DNA of 64,000 nucleotides from the human T2T-CHM13v2.0 reference genome, Homo sapiens: assembly GCF_009914755.1 (NCBI RefSeq), contig NC_060934.1; one strand, given 5' to 3'. The notes under the pieces were generated by a model. The model saw only the letters and a list, made by a program, of their open reading frames with translations. It did no database searches and was not told the DNA's origin. Shown one piece after another: positions 37,325-50,639 of the stretch. Positions within the stretch are counted from its first letter, which is position 1. Every line of letters begins with the position of its first letter. The translations under genes were made by a program, and so were the position numbers.

Positions 37325-37540
37325 ACCTTTTATTTTAGGTTCAGGGGTACATGTGTAAGTTTGTGATATAGGTAAACTCATGTCATGGGGGTTTGTTGTA
37401 CAGATTATTTCATCACCCAACTACTAAGCCTAGTAACCAATAGTGATTTCTTCTGATCCCCTTCCTCCTCCCATCCTCCACCCTGAAGGAGGCCCCGGTG
37501 TCAGCTGTCCCTCGCATTATGTTCATATGTTCTCATCATT
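37325..37540 (-). mobile_element. Old L1PA 3' end
   Basis: TTTTAGGTTCAGGGGTACATGTG..; flanks TTTAGGAGCTAA. Confidence 0.85.
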
Positions 37541-38758
37541 TTAGGAGCTAAATTTTTTCATTAAAATAGGCTTCTCCTCAAGGTCTCTTTATCGGGTTTC
37601 CTCTTTTATATGGAAAATTTTGATTTATGTGAACTCTTCCAGGAATACATGGATTATTTCAAATGAACTACCCCACACTTCTTCCAGCCTCTAATTCATA
37701 AAATTGAGTGACCTTATTGATCAATTCACAAGGCTTATAATTTGATGACTTATTTCATGGACTGTCCTCTAACAGCTAACATGGACCTGGGAGTTGGCCT
37801 GTGGCAGAGACAGCCTGAGTTGATTTGTACTTTTGTTGATTTGAGTTTGATTTTATTGGGTTGACTCCAAAGTCATCCTTGAATCCTTTTCAAATCAATG
37901 CCTGCAGCGAGCTCAGCTCATCATTGCAATGCCACAGATCCCAGAAGAAAGGTGTCACGTAACTGGAATCACTTCTTGTGGATCCTACAAGGGGCTTTTG
38001 TCCTCAGAAAGATGCAGTCTGTTCTGAGGAGTCACTGGGACTGTGATTTTTCTGTCTGTTCTAACAGCAGAATGTTGGTTCTCTGTAGACCCTGAGGAGT
38101 ATTCAGCAAATGTCAATATTAGCTGAAATGGGAAGTGTGGATTTGGGACAACAAATTACCTATAGCATAAAAATACCTATTTAATACATGCTTGTTAAAT
38201 AGACATGGGTTCATGGCTCCTCCAGCCATGTTGAAATAAGCTTGGCATTTCAGGATCTCAACAGAGCAACTTCACTTGATGAACACAAGCCTGGGAAATA
38301 CGAGGGTATTTCCTAAAGTGCCAGGAAACCTCTTTTCCAAGCTCCACTCCCTTCACAGCCATCATTCCCTCTAATTCTCCCAACCCCATTCACTCTAAGT
38401 AGAAGAGACTGCTAACAACTTGCTATTGTACTTCACAGAGTTGGAAGTCTGGGTCAAGTTTCCAGTGTTGACTGTTGAATGGGTGCAGATTTTTTTTTCT
38501 GAGGATGGAGGCCTTCCAAGCCCCCTGAAATCGCAGAGGTGGGTGCCCAAATCCCAGATGTGATGGTGGTTAACACTCAGTGCTTCCCCTGTGCACCCTG
38601 GATGAGTATAGTATGAGGAAATGACTATCTTTAGAGTGTCTTCTGCAGGGCACAAAATGAGGGGTTGATTCCATGGATCAACTCACTATGAACATAAGCA
38701 GTGACTCCAGTTAGTGCAGATGGCAGAGGAGATTTTCATGAATACAGACTGTCTCCCT

Positions 38759-39607
<849 letters not shown>

Positions 39608-40868
39608 GTGTCGAGGGCCTGAGAACATGTGCTTAGAAATGAAAAGTCAGCAGTGAGCCCCTGAAGCCAGGCAGGAGAGGAGGCTCAAGAGGGAGGGAAG
39701 GATCTCAAACATCCTGGAGAGTTGAAGAAAAATAAAGACTAAAAAGTGTCCCTTGGATTTAGTGACAGTGAAGTCATTTGTGCTTCCATAAGGATCATTT
39801 TAATCAAGCGGTAGGGAAGCAGCCCAGTGGTGTGCTGGTAAATGTTTAACAACAGGCTCTTGGGGTGGCCTTGGGAGGAGGGAGAAATACAGATGGAGCT
39901 TCGCTCGTTTTCTCCCTGCTTACTTCTGTGCAGCTCGTTCCTAACCGGAGGTTGGGGATGCCTGGTTTACACGACATAAATGAATGGGATAACTTCCACC
40001 TTTGCCTTCGTGGTAGTTATGCTGGACGAGCCCTTTCTCCCCTCTGTTTAGTCTCTTCCACCATCATTTCTGAGCTGTTATCTGCAACTCTCACAGAAGT
40101 TTGCCTGAGGTGGACTCTCTGGTGTCAGCGATTGCTTTTAGGTGAAGCTGGTTCTGCAGGGACCACGGGCTGATGTCCCTGCAGCTGCCAGACGCCCCGA
40201 CACCTCCGAGTCTGCATTCCGGCATTCAGCCCGAGAGGAATGTGTTGCTGGATGTGATGTTCCCTGGCTTGAGGGAGCGTGGGGCAGGTGTGAACGGGGC
40301 AGGCACACTCACGGGTCTGGGCTCTGGATGTGTTGGTGGCTCCTTGGCTGGAGCAGGGGAGGGCAAGGGTGCCACGTGGGTGTGTCTCCAGCCACTGCTG
40401 TGGGGAAGGTTTTCCTGGGTGCAGTCTCCGAGGGCCTCTGAGTGAGAGCAACTCGCCCCCTCTACCCAGCCCTGGCCTCTGCTGTGAAGCCTTACTTGGG
40501 CCTGGGAAGTCACTTGTAGGGTCTTCCCCTCCTGCCTGAGGACATTGTTTTGAGTGGGATAAGTGTGAAACAGCGAGACTGTTCTTGGAACTGTCATTAA
40601 AGCTGGCTGCTTGCAGGGCGCTGGGACGGGGTTATTCTGCTGCCCAGGGATGTTAGGTCCTGTGGTGTGGAGGGGGAACTGGGGGACTGGCTCCCCAGCT
40701 TAATGGGAAGACAGGATAGTGATATGGGAGAAAGAGGTATTCTGACAGAGGGCGGACAGAGGAAGGGCATTGAGAAAAAGTAGCAGAACATTATTACTTT
40801 CTTAAAGTGATAGAATTAGGGCAGTCTCACTGATATTCACTCTATAATGAAAAGAAAAACCACAAAGA

Positions 40869-41113
40869 GGCTGGGTGCGGCGGCTCACGCCTGTAATCCC
40901 AGCACTTTGGGAGGCCGAGGTGGGCCGATCACCTGAGGTCAGTTCAAGACCAGCCTGGCCAGTATGGTGAAACCTGTCTCTACTAAAAATACAAAAATTA
41001 GCCAGGTGTGGTGGCACATGCCTGTAATCGCAGCTACTCAGGAGGCTGAGGCAGGAGAATCGCTTGAACCCAGGAGGCGGAGGTTGCAATGAGCCAAAAA
41101 GAAAAAAGAAAAA
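40869..41113 (+). mobile_element. Alu (AluS) lacking the last ~45 nt of the right arm
   Basis: GAGCC joined directly to A tail; TSD AAAAGAAAAACCACA. Confidence 0.9.
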
Positions 41114-41119
41114 CCACAG

Positions 41120-41250
41120 AGAAATGGCAAATGTTTGCGCGTGATAGATATCCTAAATACGCTGATTTGGTGATGACATACTGTATGCACACATCAGAAT
41201 ATCACACATGCCCCATAAATATGTCCAACGATTAGGTATCCATAAAAAGT
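41120..41250 (+). mobile_element. L1MA-like 3' end
   Basis: TATCCTAAATAC.CTGATTTG..CCCCATAAATATGT. Confidence 0.7.
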
Positions 41251-41448
41251 TATTCTTAAAATGTTAATGGAACAAAACAATTTCCAGAAATAAACTCATG
41301 TATAGGTGGGAATTTCTATGAAGGAAAATAAGGAAAATGGTTCTGTGCAGATGCTGGGGATTTGAGAAATGCTGATTTCTGTGTTTTTGCCAGAATCACC
41401 TGGCCCCATGCACACTTGGTTGTAACTGCATCACTGGAGGGTATGAGA

Positions 41449-41493
41449 GTATGTGTGTGTGTGTGTGTGTGTGTGTCTGCGTGCATGTGTGTG
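41449..41493 (+). repeat. (TG)n microsatellite
   Basis: Direct reading. Confidence 0.9.
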
Positions 41494-41722
41494 CAGGTGT
41501 TTGAAGACAGAACCTCAGGCTTTGCTAGGAAATCCCTGGGAACATTTGGCTGTGCTGTTCTGCTGTGTAACTGATGGTGATTAATTGAGTTCATTGGGCT
41601 GGATGTGGTGGTCTTCACACCAGTGACAGAGGTTGAACCAGGTGATAGTGCTTTTGCCAGAAGCACCTGTATTTATTTTATTAACCCCTTTTTATTATTA
41701 GAAAATGACTGCTGCCTCATAG

Positions 41723-41792
41723 TCCAGGGTCATTCAAAAAATATTTTTGGAGGTGATACAAAAATAAGGAAATGTATATATATTTTTTTGTT
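41723..41792 (+). other. Weak candidate cassette exon with tandem acceptors (41723/41728) followed by G-runs
   Basis: CATAG|TCCAG|GGT gives two AGs 5 nt apart; possible donor GTT|GTGAGG at 41793, followed by GGGGGTGGGTGGATGGG. Confidence 0.2.
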
Positions 41793-42092
41793 GTGAGGGG
41801 GTGGGTGGATGGGAATTTCCTTGTATGAAAGAAAATTCTACCAGAATAGAAGATCCTGTAAGTCAGCCCTAGGTGTCCTGTTGAGCTGCAGGCAGTGGGC
41901 AGGTTGTGCCTGCCTTTCCTCACCTATGAAGCGGTGAAACACCTCCCAGTATCGCCGAGAGGATGAACTGAAATCATGAGCATTTCCCGCAGAGTCTGGC
42001 ACAGGAAGGCCGGCCGCCGATTGCTAATTGTTGATAAAGTCATTAAAAGCCCTGTAGCCATGATTCTCAGTCTCCTTCTGTTTAATGAATTT

Positions 42093-42390
42093 CTTTTTTT
42101 TCTTTGTTTTTGAGACAGAGTCTCACACCATCACCCAGGCTGGAGTTCAGTGGTGCCATCTCGGTCACTGCAGCCTCCATCTCCCGGGTTCAAGTGATTC
42201 TCCTGCCTCAGCCTCCCAAGTAACTGGGATTACAGGCATCACCACCATGCCTGGCTAATTTTTTATTTTTAGTAGAGATGGGGTTTCACCATGTTGGCCA
42301 GGCTGGTCTCGAACTCCTGACCTCAAGTGATCTGCCCACCTCAGCCTCCCAAACTGCTGAGATCACAGGTGTGAGCCATCGTGCCTGGCC
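42093..42390 (-). mobile_element. Alu (AluSz-like)
   Basis: TSD TGTTTAATGAATTTCT. Confidence 0.95.
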
Positions 42391-42440
42391 TGTTTAATGA
42401 ATTTCTGACTGGAGGCTTAATTTTTTTGTTTTTTTCACAG

Positions 42441-42572
42441 GGTCTCTTTGAGAGGATGACAGTGGGAAGCGCCTACTGTGGCTGTTGCGGCTGCAGGCCT
42501 GGCTCCTTCCACTCTCGGGCTGCCCTTCACGGTGCCAGGTTTGTGGCAGAGCCTGAGCCGCCATCATGGTGA
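42441..42572 (+). CDS. Candidate alternative terminal exon, 43 aa GLFERMTVGSAYCGCCGCRPGSFHSRAALHGARFVAEPEPPSW*
   Basis: Acceptor TTTTTTTGTTTTTTTCACAG|G at 42421-42440 with branch-like CTTAAT at 42416-42421. Only the phase-0 frame is open (the other two hit TGA within 20 nt). Stop at 42570-42572, non-repeat sequence, downstream AATAAA at 42939-42944. Confidence 0.45.
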   Translation, partial: GLFERMTVGSAYCGCCGCRPGSFHSRAALHGARFVAEPEPPSW

Positions 42573-42643
42573 AATTCTGCTATTGCCGCCATGGACAGAG
42601 AAATCAAACCGTGGGGTTCTGCTTACTAGGAAACTGGAGTAAC

Positions 42644-42950
42644 ACCTCATCTCAAAAAAAAAAAAAAAAAGAAAAGACTGGGTGCAGTGGCTCATACCTG
42701 CCATCCACTCGCATGCTTTTGGGAAGCTGATGTGGGAGGATCGCTTGAGCCCAGGAGTTTGAGACTAGCCTGGGCAATATAGTGAGACCCTGTCTCTACA
42801 AAAAATACAAAAAATTAGCTAGATGCAGTGGCACACACCTGTAATCCCAGCTACTTGGGAGGTGGAGGTGGGAGGATTGTTTGAGGCCAAGAGTTTAAGA
42901 CCAGCCTGGGCAACACAGTGAGACCTCATCTCAAATGAAATAAAATGAAA
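42644..42950 (+). mobile_element. FLAM-FLAM (left-left) Alu dimer preceded by an orphan Alu tail
   Basis: Two monomers each ending GAGTTT.AGAC.AGCCTGGGCAA; flanks GAAACTG(G/T)AGTAACA. Confidence 0.8.
42939..42944 (+). terminator. Candidate polyadenylation signal AATAAA in FLAM tail
   Basis: GAAATAAAATG about 370 nt after the stop of the candidate terminal exon; CA at ~42960 and CTGTTTG downstream. Confidence 0.3.
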
Positions 42951-43721
42951 CTGTAGTAACAAAAATGCACGCACAGCCACTGTTTGACAGTCATGGTATC
43001 ACATGGTGACACTCACCATTTAAGGGCCACAGGACCCGAGGGCAGATTCTCACCACCCCAAGGAGTCAGTTGTGGGCTCCCCACCACACCTGTATGTGTG
43101 AGCCTCCAGGCTGGTAGCTTGAGGTCCCCCGAGCTGTACACAAGAACGGCTGCTCCTTTGCTGTAGGTGACTGTCTGTCGTTACTTTCTTGGTATAGGAT
43201 TGTTCATCTTTGGGACTGATTTTAAAGTCCCACTCCCTCTGTCTCTGGCTGATGGTGGATGCCCGGCTTCCCTGGCTCCGCTCCTGTGCTTCACAGGCTG
43301 TCAGCCCTGGAAGGTGCAGGGTACTTTTATTCATGGATGAAACCCTTGCACACTTGCTTTCCGTACTCTTGTTGATAACAGGGCATTGTGGCATGTTTAC
43401 TGAGCCAAGTAGGCAAATCTTTTCATGACACGGTTTCTAGAAACAACCCTCTGTGGTCACCAGTCTGTCCCTCAGGCTACCCCAGGACAGGTCTTGCTGG
43501 TGCGTCCTATAAGAAGTGGTGTTGTGGCTAGCGAATGATTTCTATAAGGGTTGAGGAGCGCAGACTGAAGTGTGAGACTGGGCAGGATTACCTTTGGGGT
43601 GCTCACAGGGCTCCTGGGGAGATGTGGCCAGCATCAACAGCCTTCCACCTTTCAGCGTGCTGGGGCAGGAAGGAAACTTCCACGATCGCTGAGTCCATGT
43701 TCTTAACCTTTTAATGTCTGA

Positions 43722-44120
<399 letters not shown>

Positions 44121-44863
44121 TAGGTTATGTGGGGTGGGATCAAGTGGATTGCAGCTGAGCAGCCACAGGGAGGTCACAGTGGATTTCTGTTGGAAGCCTC
44201 TCCTCTCACCCGAGATTTAGAAGGACAAATGGAAAGTGCTTGTTGCTTTAAAATGTGGGGATTGCCATTGGACGGAGGTGAGGGGAAATACGCTGGTGGA
44301 TGGAAGAAGATCATAGGACATTTCTGCTGGGACTTGAGACCTGGGTTAATGTAGTGAACATCTCTTGAGTGCAGTGCTGGTGGAGGGGGAAATTCTGAGC
44401 CTGCCGTGGTTCCCAAAGGAGTCATGAAAAGCCCAGCAACATTGGGTGTCTCACGTCTGATGGGTGTTGTGTCATTATTGACAAGAAAAAATCTTAGCCA
44501 TTTATATTATAGTCCATCAGAGGAAGAGAAATGCTAGAAGAAGCTTAACTTTAGTTATAGAGCCAGATTATCTGTGGTGGATTATCTATGAAAAATGTTG
44601 AATCCCAAGCCAGGTTCTCTCTGTATTTTGGTACACAGCTTATTTTTAGCCATTTTTCTTTATCAAATGGTGTGTAATTAGGAAATGCATGCTAATTTTT
44701 AATATTAATGTTACACACACACGTACACACACACACATATATACTTATATTAGGAAATCATAGATAGGAAGATAAATCTGATGTCCCCAACCCTGCATTT
44801 CAGTTTAGTGCATCATAAAGCCAGATATTTTTGTGTCCATTTCCTATTTGCTTTTGCCTTGAA

Positions 44864-45172
44864 TTTTCTTTCTTTTTTCAGTTTTTCGAGACAGAGTCTC
44901 ACTTTGTTGCCCAGGCTGGAGTGCATGGTGTGATCTTGGCTCACTGCAACCTCTGCCTCCTGGGTTCAAGCGATTCTCCTGCCTTAGCCTCCTGAGTAGC
45001 TGGGACTACAGGCATGCGCCACCACACCTGGCTAATTTTTTTTTGTATTTTTAGTAGAGATGGGGTTTTTCCATGTTGGCCAGGCCGGTCTCAAACTCCT
45101 GACCTCAGGTGATCTGCCCACCTCGGCCTGCCAAGGTGCTTGGATTATAGGCGTGAACCACTGTGCCCAGCC
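44864..45172 (-). mobile_element. Alu (AluSx-like)
   Basis: TSD GCCTTGAATTTTCTT. Confidence 0.95.
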
Positions 45173-46135
45173 TGGCCTTGAATTTTCTTGTGACTTTTCA
45201 CCATGATTGGTTTGGTTGACTAAGAACTGAGTATCTCATTGTTTTGGATTTGAGATCTAGTGATACAGCTGATTCTAAACGAGATCACTGCGGTCAGAGA
45301 GGCTCAGACATGGACTTTCTTCTCATGGAAAACCTTCTTATTGAGAATTAAAAACACCGCTATCAAAATCGTTCAATTAAAAAGAAAGGTGGACTGTGAA
45401 CTTCTGGGCTGTGAACTTGTGGGCTGTAAACTTAGAATCTGGTTATTCCAGGTGAATTCTGAAGCAAGCACATCTTGTCATTGTTGTGAATTTCTCAGAA
45501 CAAAAATGTGTTGCCTCAGGTAAAGCCCGTACCATTTGTGCAAAAGGAAAATGGCTTCAACTTACTTTTTAAAAAAAACTTTCAGATTCAGGCGAACATC
45601 CATTTCTTCTAATGAGTGTGTGTGCAAATGACCTTGTCATAATGCAGGATATAGTGATAGCAATTGTAGTGAGTCTTTAGAATGAGCTAAATGTTATCAA
45701 GGGATGTTTCCAGTTAGTTATAACCATGATATGCCTTTTCCGATGATCTAAGACACTTCTGTTTTAATAGGTCAGTTTTTTTCCAGTTTTAAAAAATTTT
45801 AACTGAATTTTTAAATTCAAAGACTCTTTTCTCATAAATGGCACAAAACATTTAGCTCTCTAAGAAATGCAGAATCCCAGAATGGTTCATGTTTGTGTAT
45901 TGCTCATTTAGCTTTCGACGTCCTTTGGAAAGTTGAGGAATAAACAGGTGGACAATTTGAAAGGATGAAAATACTCCAACAGGTTACACTAATAGAATCA
46001 GGAAGGAAGAATGTCCAACAGGAGTCATTGTTGTCTGTTGAGGATTTAGTGGGTGAAAGATTGAAAAATTGGAAATACATATTCACCTACTATTGGTAAA
46101 ACTTTTTTCCTCAAATATTCCTTTATATGTATATA

Positions 46136-46425
46136 TTTTTTTTCTTCTTGAGACAGGGTCTCACTCTGTCACCCAGGCCGGAGTGCAGTGGCACTATCTC
46201 AGCTCACTACTACTTCTACCTCCTGGGTTCAAGTGATCCTCCCACCTCAGCCTCCTGAGTAGCTGGGGCTACTTGTGTGCGCCACCGTGCCCTCTATTTT
46301 TTTGGTATTTTTTGTAGAGATGGGGTTTCACCATGTTGTCCAGGCTGGTCTTGAACTCCTGAGCTCAAGCAATCCTCCTGCCTCGGCCTCCCAAAGTGCT
46401 GGGAGTTAGCCCACCGTGCCCAGCC
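46136..46425 (-). mobile_element. Alu (AluJb-like)
   Basis: Dimer. Confidence 0.9.
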
Positions 46426-46564
46426 TATGTGTGTGTTTTCTTAAATGTTCCTGGTTCTCTAAAGGATGTAGGCAAATGCATTCTTGGTAAATTACCTTGG
46501 TTGCCAATGTCTTTATGAAGTTGGTGTTAAGTTTTTAAACCTGAGACACTTAAACTTTAATGAC

Positions 46565-46800
46565 TATATCAGTTAGGGTCAAGATTGCCTGCAAGTCATA
46601 GAACTATGACTGCACATAACTGCGGTTAAACCAGGGTAGGGGCTGTTTCTCTCTAGGGTCGGTGTGGCTCTTCATGGCGTCTGGGACCCGGGCTGTTTCT
46701 GTCTTGTTGCTCTGTCTTGTGTGGCATGATTGCATGGTCCTAAATGGGGGCCTCCACATGTCAGACAGCAGAATGGAGGAGAGGGCACAGAAGAAGGGGC
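46565..46800 (-). mobile_element. Old MLT1-like LTR fragment
   Basis: TCAGTTAGG..GCCTGCAAGT..AGAA; GGGACCCGGGCTGTTTCTGTCTTGTTGCTCTG. Confidence 0.5.
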
Positions 46801-47014
46801 CCAGAGCTGACGTCAGTGAGGAGAGGCTTCATGGGCAGTAATGTCCAAGCAAAGGTGGAACTATGGCCTCCATTCTGAGGGAGGTGGGTCTAGTCCCAAA
46901 CCAGAGGCCTTATGCCCTAGAAGAGGGAATAGCTGGTGAAGCACAGCTTGGAGTCTCTGTGACAATACCAAATTTTCGTTAGAAGTAAAACAGAAACAAT
47001 CCATTGCTAATAGC

Positions 47015-47475
47015 ATGTATTTATTCATTTAAATTGTATTTTTATTTTAAGTTCTGAGGTCCATGTGCAGGATGTGCAGGTTTGTTACATAGGGAAACGT
47101 GTGCCATGGTGGTTTGCTGCACCTGTCAAACCCATCACCTAGGTATGAAGCCTGGCATGCATTAGCTATTTTCCCTAATGCTCTCCTTCCCCCCACAGCC
47201 ACCTCCCAACAGGCACCAGTGTGTGGTGTTTTCCTCCCTGTGTCCGTGTGTTCGCATAGTTCAGCTCCCACTTATAAGTGAGAACATGCGGTGTTTGGTT
47301 TCCTGTTACTGCGTTAGTTTGCTGAAGATAATGGCTTCCAGCTTCATCCATGTCCCTGCAAAGGACATGATCTTGCTCCTTTTTATGGCTTCATCGTATT
47401 CCATGGTGTATATGTACCACATTTTCTTTATCCAGTCTATCATTGATGGGCATTTGGGTTGATTCCATGTCTTTC
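47015..47475 (-). mobile_element. L1PA 3' end
   Basis: TTTTAAGTTCTGAGGTCCATGTGCAGGATGTGCAGGTTTGTTACATAGG..CATCCATGTCCCTGCAAAGGACATG. Confidence 0.92.
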
Positions 47476-47500
47476 GTTAACAGCATTTAAAAGCAAGTTG

Positions 47501-47830
<330 letters not shown>

Positions 47831-48131
47831 TTAAATTCTATTAGGTTTAAGATTTGGTGTGTGTTCCCTTATAGCAATACCTGACATAAACTTGTTTAAA
47901 ATTATGAAATGCAACTACTCCAACTCTAGCATATTTGAATTTTATGTCTGTATCCCAAATGGCTGGGCTTGAAAAGTCCAATTTTACAAAAGCCTGATTC
48001 ATGAAAATTGACTAAAGCCTTGGAAGCAGCAAGAAAGTGCAAATTAGGTGATTAGATTGGAAAGTCCAGAGGCTGAGGACAGTAGATGAAGGATGTTGCA
48101 GGAAGATATTTATTTGGGTGGGATAGAGAAA

Positions 48132-48488
48132 TGTATTAGTTCATTTTCATACTGCTATGAAGAAATACCCGAGACTAGAGAATTTATAAGAGGCTTAATG
48201 GACTCACAGTTCCACATAGCTGGGGAGGCCTCACAGTCATGGCGGAAGGTGAATGGGGAGTGAAGGCACATCTTCCATGGTAGCAGGCAAGAGAACGTGT
48301 GCACGGAAACTGCCCTGTATAAAACCATCAGATCTCATGAAATTTATTCATTATCATGAGAACAGCATGGGAAAAACCCACCCTTATGATTCAATTACCT
48401 CCCATCGGGTCCCTCCCACAACACATGGGGATTATAGGAGCTATAATTCAAGATGAGATTTGGGTGGGGACACAGCCAAACCATATCA
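48132..48488 (-). mobile_element. THE1 (THE1C-like) MaLR solo LTR
   Basis: TGTATTAGT..GGGGACACAGCCAAACCATATCA. Confidence 0.9.
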
Positions 48489-50167
48489 GGAAGGGCGGGA
48501 GAAAAGAGGGAAACAGATGAAGGAAGAATGTGAGGGTGATTAGAGGCAGTGGAGACTTAGTGTTGAGTGGACCTGGGGCTCCAAACTCTCCAAACCCTGG
48601 ACCTGGGGCTCCAAACAGAGGGCCTGAGCCAGATGGAAAGAGCTCATTTGTTCTGTGACTGAGATCTTAGAGTGAGCATCTGGCACCAGGAGAACAAGGG
48701 AGAAGACTTCTGGGTTATCCAGTAGACAAGGCCTTAGGCCAGGAGTAGGTGGGTGTGGCACAGAGAGAGGTATTCAGGAACTCTCTGGCTGAGATATGGC
48801 TGAATCCCATATCCACTGATGTGTTTGATTTTCAGCCTGGATAAAGGCTGGATTCTAAAGAAAAGGAGGAACACTTCAGGAAGCGTTGAGTTAGTTCTCA
48901 TCACTGGATGTCATCAGGGAGGGGCTAGGCCACAGCTGCTTGAAGAGTGGAGATGAAACTGAAAAGAAACTCTGGCTTCCAGAGGGAGTTGGGTGGTGGG
49001 GAGTGACGGGGAAGCAGACCTCCAAGGTGAGAGAGGATGGCAAAGTAGCCGATCTTCAGACCTTGGGGCCCCAAGACATCATCACAGTCATTGTTGCCAT
49101 GAATTCCCTACTTCTTTACATTCAAACTTGTTGGGGGTTCAATTTAGTACTTTGCAGATGAAGAGGTAATGAAGAGAAGCAATAATAATATTGCCTTGCT
49201 TTGTCTATAGAGCTGTTTCTTCCATAGAATGTCATCTAATTAAGGATTTCTGTTCATTTACACAATAGAATTTAGGTAGCAGTTTTAGCAGTGGATAAAA
49301 CAAGGCGTAGATTGCAAATGCCTTCCCCTGGGTCATACCTGAAATCTACTCTCTTGGCTTGTAAATTACAGCTTTTTTTTTTTTTTTTGCATCGATATTG
49401 AACTTAGTGCTTTAAAATCATATATGCTGTTTGCTGATTAATGAGCTAGAAGCAAGAGGAATGGAAATGAGACCAGGAAAATAAAGGCTTCCTGGGCAGT
49501 TCTTTCCTATGTGGTTTTTTTCTTACCAATCTCAGTACTCAGAGGCTGAACTGATGAGGTCACTTAGTAACCTTAGTAAGATGCAAATGGACGGTCCTGG
49601 GTCTCATTTCATTGCCAGGAGCAGATCCCTCTTTTCTCATTCTGGTAAGAATCCTGCTTTGTCTCTGCTGCCCACAATCCATATCTGCATGCATATTTCA
49701 TGATTTTCTTACCTTCCAGTTCCTTCTGAAAAAAAAATCAAATGAAAAAAGAAAGATGTGTCAGAACCGAAGGCAGAAATAAACACTTTGATGTGGCTGG
49801 CCCTGAGGCATTAGGATTGATTTCCCCCCAGATCCGAATCCCTTCCAAGGAGGCTCAGTGTCTGGGAGGTGGCACACACAGGATTTTATGATAGGATTTG
49901 GCTGGAAGCACACAAAGGAAGGCTATTTTTCTGCTCTTCTTCAACACAAGTGCTTGAGAGAGAGGGATTTTCACCTTAGAGCAGACCAGGCAGTGAAGAA
50001 CAAGGTCATTGGTTGGTTGTCTGCCCTTAGCTGCTTTGAGGAAAGTCTTTCACAAGAGATTGGTGGGAGTTAGCAGCCCCGTTACATAACAGGGTGTCTC
50101 TGCCAAGCAGAGTTCTGGAACCTCACCATAGCTCTGGGGGAGACTGACACTGGCCATGGTCTATTCA

Positions 50168-50639
<472 letters not shown>

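Noticed and set aside
39825-39870. CAGTGGTGTGCTGGTAAATGTTTAACAAC, possibly a hAT (MER63-like) terminus
   Set aside because: Could not identify the matching end or family with confidence.
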